Part shown: positions 54,491 through 64,000 of the stretch, in pieces
Position numbering within the stretch: the first letter of the stretch is position 1
Layout: every line of letters begins with the position of its first letter
NCBI GenBank assembly: GCA_964016885.1
Contig: OZ024741.1
Coordinates: 11,036,001-11,100,000, forward strand
Length of the DNA: 64,000 nt
Source: Eledone cirrhosa
Taxonomy: Eukaryota
Direction: 5' to 3'
Translations under genes and position numbers: made by a program
The notes under the pieces: generated by a model
What the model saw: the letters and a program-made list of their open reading frames with translations, nothing else
Databases searched by the model: none
Told to the model about the DNA's origin: nothing

Positions 54491-54966
54491 CATACATACA
54501 TACATTCATACATATAAACATACAGTCATACATGCAAACATACATACATTCATACATACAAACATACATACACACACACATACATACATACATATATTCA
54601 TACATACAAACATACATACATTCATGCATACAAACATACATACACACATACATACATACATACATACATTCATGCATACAAACATACAAACATACATACA
54701 CACATACATACATACATACATACATACATACATACATACATACATTTATACATACATACATATAGATCAAACTACACTCCCAGTTTCATGCCTACTCGTA
54801 TTTAAGCTTTATGGTAAATACATACCAACCGATTTGGACCAAATTATGATTGAACTTGCAATTTTGAGTGCACCGGGAACGAGGGACAACCTTCGTTTCT
54901 TTATATTCTTCACACCTGAAAGGTGGTCCTGCAACTCGATATTAAAAAAATATATATAAAAATGTG

Positions 54967-55005
<39 letters not shown>

Positions 55006-55302
55006 ACACATACGATTACCAACGAAAAGGTCTTGTCTCTGGTTAGAGAAAGTTTAAATACAAAATCACGACTTACACATAAACATGCATACATGCATAC
55101 ACAGATACATACACATATATACAAACATACATACAAATATACATATATATTACATATGTGTATATATACATATATACATACTCGCCTGATAAGTAGGCGA
55201 AACTCCAGAGTAACAAGACTCACTATTTACCCCTATTAAAATGAACCCTAAAACTCTACTTCAGTATTGAGTACTCTTTTCTCTCACCCGTCAACCACAT
55301 AC

Positions 55303-55392
<90 letters not shown>

Positions 55393-55400
<8 letters not shown>

Positions 55401-55602
55401 GTGAGGTTCTTTTTACAAAATGAAAAATAACCGAGGTGTCCTACACGAGTGAAAGTATAAGAAAAAAAGATGAAATCGAAAATGCAACTGGAGTCTTATT
55501 TTTAAAAAAATATATATATTTATTTGGTTCCTTTACCGGTTTCGCAGTTTTCTGCTTTTCAAAAGTAGAGTTAAGATGGAGGGTCTGTGGTTTTTCTCAA
55601 AT
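55393..55602 (-). mobile_element. Penelope pLTR fragment with U3-A8 hammerhead (55530-55565)
   Basis: Reverse complement of 1815-2021. Confidence 0.85.
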
Positions 55603-56112
55603 CTGATATATATATATATATATATATTTCGTTTCTGAATTTGTTTAGCAAGATTCTTTATCTGAAAACGTGTGTTGAAACCGATATTGTTATACTTTGG
55701 GAGGGTCATGTTGCCAATAAGAAACACACGCACCAGTTGCTTTCACTTCAATTTATTATAATAAATTTATAAGTTTAGGAATTTATAAATTTTCGGTTGG
55801 TTGGTTGGTTCCACAACCAGATGATTGTTTATATATTGTCAAAGTTCTTTCGTCACACATTCTGTGACCTCTTCAGTGACTGGGGATTCTTTTCTTTGTT
55901 TTTGTGCCTCTCCTTTCTTCTGTCCTACGCCATCTTGTTTTTAAAATAACAAGATGGCATATAAACAATCATCTGGTTGTGGAACCAACCAACCAACCAA
56001 GCGGAAATTTATAAATTCCTAAATTTATAAATTTATTATAATAAATTGAAGTGAAAGCAACTGGTGCGTGTGTTTCTTATTGGCAACATGACCCTCCCAA
56101 AGTATAACAATA
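55603..56112. mobile_element. Fold-back pLTR fragment of the 60067-63876 Penelope family, hammerhead at 55838-55880 (minus)
   Basis: Near-identical to ~63570-63876; ~55686-55833 is inverted at ~55960-56112. Confidence 0.88.
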
Positions 56113-56118
56113 TATATT

Positions 56119-56207
<89 letters not shown>

Positions 56208-56389
56208 ATATACACGGGTGTGTATGATTGTGTATAGAAGATTATATTAATAAAAGGAATTCCAACTTTGTCTGATTTACTCGTTTTATTTACAATCCTT
56301 TAAAATTTGTAATGGTATTAGAATGAAATAGTATGGTAAAATATTAAATGTTAAGTGTTAATAGAACAAGTACTTTCATGCTTTCGCAA

Positions 56390-56453
<64 letters not shown>

Positions 56454-56648
56454 TTAAAATAACAGATTAAAGTTTAAGAAAAGAATCGCTGCTTTCACCC
56501 TTAACGGGATCTTCTGAAACTAAAAAATCTCTCTTATTTTAATAAATATTTGCTCTAGGGTTCTTATATATTTGAAATATATTTATCCTTATCGAGCCCT
56601 CTTTGGATTTTAGTCTTCACATTTATTATTATTACTATATATATACAT

Positions 56649-56700
<52 letters not shown>

Positions 56701-57068
56701 ACAAATAATATAAATTGTCCATTTTTCTACAGAATAGTTAAGTGGTTTATTTGAAGAGATAATATGCGAAAGAAAAATGAAAAAAGTAATCAGAGGTGGG
56801 AAGGAAATTTTTTAGAAAAGAGAAAGGAGGGGAAGGGAGGTTAAAAGTTTACTGCAAGGTTTCAAGTGATTAAAGAAATAATCTGAAAACGGTTCTAGAT
56901 TGCATGAAGAATGTTTTGAAATATGGTGCGAAAGAATCATTAATTTTGATATAAAAAAAAATCTTAGACAGATTTTTTATATAATTTTTTTCATTTTTCT
57001 AAGAAGAATTCTTGCATTTGATTCATGACCTATGGCTTGACAGATGAAACAGGGTTGGCACCAAACAT

Positions 57069-57151
<83 letters not shown>

Positions 57152-57346
57152 GAGAGATTTTCTCACTTGCTACAAACGCATGAAGAAACAGTTTTTTTCT
57201 GAAGGGTCTCTTGATAAGCGGTATCAACCTCACAGTGATCAAGCATTTTTATAGTGTAGAAATATGGCACATTGATCGGCGAAACTGCAGTAGGGTCTTT
57301 GAAGAAAGAATATGTATATTTTTATCTATTATTTCCTCATATTTTG

Positions 57347-57394
<48 letters not shown>

Positions 57395-57399
<5 letters not shown>

Positions 57400-59357
57400 A
57401 AAAAAGATGAAATTGAAAATGCAACTGGAGTCTTATTTTAAAAAAATATATATATATTTATTTGGTTCCTTTACCGGTTTCGCAGTTCTTCTGTTTTTCA
57501 AAAGTAGAGTTGAGATGGAGGGTTTATGGTTTTTCTCACATCTGGTTGGTCTTTGAATGTTACTTGTTTTATATGGGAAAAAGTGGCTCGAAACGCCAGG
57601 TTTTTAGAGAAGTAATTTGATTGGTTGGTGAACAAGTATAATAAATTTCGCGCCAGTTCGCGTTACAAAGTTCTTCAAACAAAGGGGGAGGTGCTCAGGT
57701 TGTTTTTTCATATATGAGTGAAATTTGGTTGGTTGATGCAGTCACGTGAATAAGCATATCAGGCTTCGCGCCAGTTTGTTTGAATTTCTTTTTACTTAAA
57801 AAAAAGTGGCTCACGAAGGCTTTTTTTTTATAAATGCAATTTGATTGGTTATAAATGAAATTAAGACTGTCACGTGAACAAGTTCATTAAATTTCGCGCC
57901 CGTATTTTGGAATTTATTTTGTAGCCTTTTAGAGAATTTTATGACAACCAAAAGATAATGGTCAAGAGAAATGGGATGGGGAGAATTGTTCTGGTTCAGT
58001 GAATATGGCTGGTTCGCTGGGTTGTCAGAATTCAGACTTTCTATTGAAATAAAGAAAGTAGAAATATGTATGTTTATTTGTGTGCTTGTGTGTGAGTGTG
58101 TGTGTGAAAGAAGATGACTCTATTAGTAGAAATGGGGGAGGGAGTTGTGTGTGTGTGTGGGAGTATGTTAAGATGACGAGAATATATATATTTTGTGTGT
58201 GTGTATGTGTGTAGGAAAATGATTCCGTTAGTAGAAATGGCAGGGGGAGTTATGTGTGCGGGGGGAGGGGGTTAATGTGTTAGAGTATTAAGGTATGTTA
58301 AGGTTTATTTAGTTCTGGTTTTTATTTTCTAAAGTAGAAGGTGTTATGTGTGTGTGTATGTATGTGTCTGTTTGGATGGTTAGCATGTTATGGTGTTGAC
58401 ATAATGTATATTAAACTATATTTAATGCTGGTATATATTTTTGAATAAACATATTTTCCTTATTTATACAGCGCAAAGGTAAAATGGGAAGACTTGGAAT
58501 TTGGGTTTCTTATTACTTGCGCATATGTCAAGATATGCACTTAGTGGTATGTCTCGTGGTTGGATCTCGTAATTGTTGGCGATGAACTGTCATTCTGTTC
58601 CTGAGTGTGAGTTTAGTTTGTCCTATATAATCTTGCATCATTTACATTTAATGGCATAAATTAGATTTTTTGATGAGCAAGTGAAGTGATTTTTTACAGT
58701 AAAATGTTGTTTGATAGAAATGTATACGTGTTGCCTTCAATGAGGTGAGTGCAGGTTCCACAATTAGAGCGACCACATTTTTTGACAGTTGGTTGTGGGT
58801 TTGTGGTAGGTAATTTGGCATTGGTGAGTAATGTTTTTAGTGATTTCGATTGTCTTTTGCTTTTGATTATTTTGTGTGTTTCAAGGGCTTTTTTCATTAT
58901 TGGGTCTTGTTTTAATAGTGGGATGTTCTTGTGAATAGTGTTGTAAGCTTCCGCATTTCTTGGGTTGTGTGTTGAGATATATGATAGAATATTGGACGTA
59001 CCTTGAATTTGTTTCTGTTTTCGTAATTCATCAATGCCTATTGCTTTAGCCCTTTCTATTCCATTATTTATTAGAGTAGAATTTCCTTTAAAGTAGAATT
59101 TCCTTTAATTCTTGAAGTCTTTTATTTCGCGTTTCATAATTGGAGACAATTGTGCAAATTCTTCTTGCTATGTTAAAAGGAATGTTCGTCTTCGTGTGCT
59201 TTGGATGGTTGGAGGTGAATAGCAGGTATTGTTTGGAATCTGTTGGTTTGCAGTGTATGTCAGTTTCAATATTTGTGTCTTTTTTTTAAGATTAAGATGT
59301 CCAGAAATGGGAGTTGATCTTGGCTGTATTCCATTGTGAATTGGATGTGGTTATTGA
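57395..59357 (-). mobile_element. 5'-truncated Penelope/Poseidon-type element: RT thumb, Cys linker, GIY-YIG, 3' UTR/pLTR with hammerhead (57468-57504)
   Basis: Minus-strand translation with frameshifts: IQFTME...LPFLDI, KPTDSKQYL, HPKHTKTNIPFNIARRIC, CGRSNCGTC, NLIYAIKC...YIGQT..LRNRMTVH, PALN. Confidence 0.9.
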
Positions 59358-59454
59358 AACCTCGTGTTTTTGTTTCCCATATTTTTTCTCATTTTTCCCG
59401 TTCCTTCCTCTCATCATTCTTTACTTTCTATCTATCTTATATTTCTAACTCATT

Positions 59455-59490
59455 CTTCTGATGAAGGACTAGTTTCCGAAATGTTCAGAC
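59455..59490 (+). ncRNA. Degenerate minimal hammerhead motif
   Basis: CTGATGA-A-GGA ctagtt TCC-GAAA-TGTTC; stems I and III imperfect. Confidence 0.5.
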
Positions 59491-59755
59491 TATATTCCTG
59501 CTATTTTAAGCGTTAAACTAATATATTTCTTCCATTTACTGTACCGTTTGTGTTGCTATTTACTTATTTCTGTTTACCGGCAAAAAAAAAAAAAAAAATT
59601 ATCCGGGAAAGACTGCCCTAACACCGGCCAGAGTTACCTCCCTTGACCTGCTGCAAAATCAAAACAAGATATTTTTGCGAGCAATGAATCTTGATGTAGA
59701 TTTAACCCCCAAAACTCTTTCCGAACTATATAAGGAACACTTGTGATTATTTATG

Positions 59756-59792
59756 CCCTTGAGAAGCCCAACTGGGCGAAACGTACGTAGGT
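59756..59792 (+). ncRNA. Minimal hammerhead ribozyme, U3-A8 core variant
   Basis: CC-TTGAGAA-GCCCA ac TGGGC-GAAA-CGTACG-TA-GG; palindromic stem III ACGTACGT. Confidence 0.7.
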
Positions 59793-60006
59793 GATATTTT
59801 AAATAAACATGTTTTAACGGTCTATTCTCCGATTTTTTACTTTCCCACGTGCTTACGCTCTGCTAACTCTCTAGCCCACTAAATATTAACACTTCGAATA
59901 TTTAATACTGCCGGCACTAGTATCGAGCACCTTTGGCATACGCTATTTGGCAAATAACTATATGTATCACCTATCCCTCCCTTTTCTCTCTTTCTCGATA
60001 CGTAAA

Positions 60007-60074
<68 letters not shown>

Positions 60075-60223
60075 ATACTTTGGGAGGGTCATGTTGCCAA
60101 TAAGAAACACACGCACCAGTTGTTTCACTTCAATTTATTATAATAAATTTATAAATTTAGGAATTTATAAATTTATAAATTTCTGGTTGGTTGGTTCCAC
60201 AACCAGATAGTTGTTTATATATT

Positions 60224-60266
60224 GTCAAAGTTCTTTCGTCACACATTCTGTGACCTCTTCAGTGAC
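60224..60266 (-). ncRNA. Hammerhead in inverted 5' pLTR
   Basis: Reverse complement of 63625-63667. Confidence 0.75.
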
Positions 60267-60393
60267 TGGGGATTCTTTTCTTTGTTTTTGTGCCTCTCCT
60301 TTGTTCTGTCCTACGCCATTTTGTTTCTGTGTGTGTGTTGTGTGCTCAGTCTGCGCATGCGCCAAATCCGGGTGTCTGTGTGTGTTTACATTC

Positions 60394-63300
60394 AAGAAGG
60401 TAAATATGATTAGTTGTCTGTCAGAAATAGAAAAATCATTTACAAAATTACGTTGGAGCCTCAAAAACAAAAACAAAAACAAAAGTAACAACATACGCAC
60501 ACACATATACAACACACATCCCAACAACAACAGACACAGAGACACAAACAACAATAACAACAACACACACACCAACAATAATAACATACTCAGAAACAAC
60601 AACAGACACGCAGACACAAACAACAATAACAACACACACAACAATAATAACACACACTGAGACAGCAACAACAACACACATCAACAACAGCACACATCAA
60701 CAACAACAACAACACACACACATTCAATGCCTCTCACCACCACCACAATCTTAACAAACACACAGACACAGAAAACAAGTAATGACAGTAGTACAGAAAT
60801 CACAGAAATAAGGGAAAGTAATAGGATTAAAAGGAGAAGGGTGACTATGGACAAAGAAAATAACAAAGACGAACACACAGACACACAAAATAGAGTAGAT
60901 AATAACAATGAGCCAGTGGAAAGAGACAGGAGTAATTATGAGAGACATAGAAACAACCATGAGGCTGTTGGTGGAAATAGAAATAGAAACAACGCAACTA
61001 ACAATAACAATAGCACTAGTACACATAAAGCAGCAGCCTGGAACTCTACTTTTTATAATCCCTCCGATAAGTCATTCGACCTGCGACGAGTCCACGCCAC
61101 GACTTTACCATTTAACAAACGCACGCAATTGCCGTCGCAGGTCGATGAACAAACAGAAGCACAATTTAGTATAGCTAGATCCGAACTTAGAAATATTATA
61201 GAACAGTATAGCAAGAAGCATAATAGAATGGAGGCCCAGCAACTGGGAGAAAAATCTGCAAATGGCTTGCGTAAGCTCATGCACCGCTCGCGTAATGGAG
61301 AGATAGCATGCTTTCCAACAGACAAGTCTGGCAGAATGTCGGTTGACAGCCTGTCAAACTACATCCAGGCAATGCAACCCCACATCACAAACACAAGAGA
61401 GGTAACACCACAGGAGCATGAGGATAGAGAAAAAGCCCTCAATGCCCATATGGTGATGTGGACGAATATAATGCAGCCCAACAAAAGGACTGCCAACAAC
61501 TTCCAGGCCTGGAAAAATGACGTGCCGGCGTTGTATGGGCTTCGAAAAGACCATAAAACGGGCAGTGACCCTGTCACGGGACCACCAACACGGCCAGTCT
61601 GTGGAGCTAACATTGCTAGTAACTACAGACTGTCCTACTTCCTCTCCCTGATCATACGCCCCATCATTGAAATGTCCCCAGATGTATGTGACAGCACGGA
61701 GGACCTCCTCAGCAGAATCAGCGAGGGTAACCGATCTAGGGACCTAACAAACTGCATAATAGGTAGTATTGATGTTGTGTCCCTGTATCCATCTATTGAC
61801 GTGGATTTTGCTGTGGAGAAATGCGTAGAAATGATCAGTGAGAGCAATGTTGAGTTCCGTGGGATTGATACCAGTGAGCTGGGACTTCTACTTAAACTTA
61901 CCTATAATAATAATTACCTAGACACATATGACCTTAGCAACCTGTGCCCTACAAGACCAGCAAGAGGCAGACCACTTACCATTACCTCAATGGCCAAGAA
62001 AACCCACACAGATAGATGGAACGGGTGGACCAGAGCCATACGGACACCCAAAAACCACAACGAACAGAAGAAAATGATTGCACATGCGGTAGGGGCCAGC
62101 ATAAAACCAACCCTTAAGGAACATATGTTCAAATTTATTGGAAAAACATATGCCCAAGAGGAAGGAGCAGCCATTGGTGTTAGCATTGCAGGCGACATAG
62201 CTAACTTATTCATGGTATGGTGGGAGAGTTGACTTAAACTTAAACTTAAAGAACAATTAGAAGACCCCTTAACCCTGATAATGTACTCCCGCTACGTTGA
62301 TGATATAAACATCGTAGTTAAGACACCGCCACTAGAGAACAGTCAGGAACTAGAGAAAAACACAATGCAAAGCATCCAGCAAATAGCTAACTCCATCCAC
62401 CAGAGTATTAAAGTTACTATAGACTACCCAAGTAAACACCCCAACCATCGATTACCTGTACTAGACACAGAGCTCTGGTTAGATACCATTAATAACAAAA
62501 AACAAATCCTCCATTCCCATTATGCCAAACCCATGACTTCCAAACATCTGATCCACCGAAACTTGGCTGTTTCGGGCCATACCAAAATCAACATACTGAT
62601 TGCGGATTTGGTACGGGTGATGAGAAACGTGTCCCGCATGTGCAACCCCAAAGAACTAGAGAGACACATACAACACTTCATCCACCATATGCAGTTCTCT
62701 GGTTACAATCAGAGAGATAAAATCAGAGTGTATAGAGGAGCCTGAACCAAATGGGAAAAAATGGTAAATAATGACACAAATGGGACCTGCCCTTTGTATA
62801 GGAGCAAATTTTGGAATAGAATAGAAAGAACTAGGAATAAGGCTAATAGAATAAACTCATGGTATGATAGCAATAAATACCAGAGTGTAATGTTCATCGA
62901 TACAACCCCTAGAGGTGAATTAGCTTACAAATTTAGAAAGGCCCTAGATAAACATAAACTCAATATTAAGATAGTAGAAAGACCAGGTACCTCCGTAAAA
63001 ACACTTATTAGCAAGACATACCCTTTTCAAAGACCCCCCTGTATAGATAAGAAATGTATAACCTGTAAAATAAGCCCCCATATTAATTGTAAAACTAGAA
63101 ATGTAGTGTATAGCATAAGATGTACTGAAGGACAATGTAGAGACAAAAATATAGTGTACATAGGTGAGACAGCTCGTAGTGTAGGGGAACGGATAAATGA
63201 ACACTGGCGAGACCTTCAAGATAGTAAAGAATCATCTGTACTCTACCAACATGCTAAAATAGAACATAAGGGTAAATTAGAGAACATAGAAATAAAAATA

Positions 63301-63423
63301 GAATCTACACACATAAAAGACGCAATGTTTAGACAAATCACAGAGACAATAAACATAAAAGAATTAAAACCAAAATTAAATAGAAAATATGAGTGGAACA
63401 GCAACATCACAACTTACAATTAA
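60394..63423 (+). pseudogene. Penelope RT-GIY-YIG polyprotein, a single frame interrupted by three TGA codons
   Basis: ORFs 60211, 60727, 62281 and 62761 share one frame; motifs TDKSG, LYGLRKDHK, RPV, SIDVVSLYPSI, QEEGAAIG, RYVDD, LPVLD, CIDKKCITC, NVVY...YIGETAR..ERINEH, KPKLN. Confidence 0.93.
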
Positions 63424-63624
63424 GGACAAAATGAAAACACACACACACATAGAACAAACAACCAACCGGTAACATGTAAATAAACAAATAAATAAACGAA
63501 TGTAAACACACACAGACACCCGGATTTGGCGCATGCGCAGACTGAGCACACAACACACACACAGAAACAAAATGGCGTAGGACAGAACAAAGGAGAGGCA
63601 CAAAAACAAAGAAAAGAATCCCCA

Positions 63625-63667
63625 GTCACTGAAGAGGTCACAGAATGTGTGACGAAAGAACTTTGAC
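63625..63667 (+). ncRNA. Minimal hammerhead ribozyme in 3' pLTR
   Basis: GTCA-CTGAAGA-G-GTCACA gaatg TGTGAC-GAAA-GAAC-TT-TGAC. Confidence 0.8.
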
Positions 63668-64000
63668 AATATATAAACAACTATCTGGTTGTGGAACCAA
63701 CCAACCAACCAGAAATTTATAAATTCCTAAATTTATAAATTTATTATAATAAATTGAAGTGAAAGCAACTGGTGCGTGTGTTTCTTATTGGCAACATGAC
63801 CCTCCCAAAGTATAACAATATCGGTTTCAACACACGATTTCAGATAAAGAATCTTGCTAAACAAATTCAGAAACGATATATATATATATATATATATATA
63901 TAGGATCGATCGAATTCCGTCAAATCGGACCGAGGAAACGATGTTTTCGTCGGTCTTTCCAATTGCTAATACTATCTATCGGTCGCAACTCCAGGCAGAA

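Larger units (their letters stand above)
60067..63876 (+). mobile_element. Near-complete Penelope-like retroelement (possibly Neptune-type) with inverted 5' pLTR, in (TA)n
   Basis: 60067-60393 is the reverse complement of 63498-63821; RT and GIY-YIG coding region lies between. Confidence 0.95.

Overview
Repeat-saturated eukaryotic (animal) DNA with no confidently recognisable host gene. The tRNA-derived SINEs, dense (TA)n/(TACA)n/(GATA)n microsatellites and Penelope fragments suggest a cephalopod such as Octopus (inference). About half the window is tandem DNA: a 615-bp array of ~8.1 apparently identical copies (2440-7440), a ~21-kb 42-bp satellite with nested higher-order duplications (16418-37776), and a ~5.4-kb 59/55-bp satellite carrying an ETS-CRE composite site in nearly every unit (41444-46851). 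The rest is retroelements: a near-complete Penelope-like element (RT + GIY-YIG, inverted 5' pLTR, 60067-63876), other Penelope fragments, three Tx1-like L1 copies in (GATA)n, R4/Dong-like, RTE-like and CRE-like fragments, SINEs and MITEs. About a dozen minimal hammerhead-ribozyme motifs of several families are visible. The most interesting object is the 615-bp unit: it has nested long-range self-complementarity, a diverged, circularly permuted monomer nearby with the same right end, and (TA)n flanks like the Penelope termini. It looks like a non-coding, retrozyme-like element with no canonical ribozyme core. The long ORFs in the track outside the retroelements are repeat artefacts.
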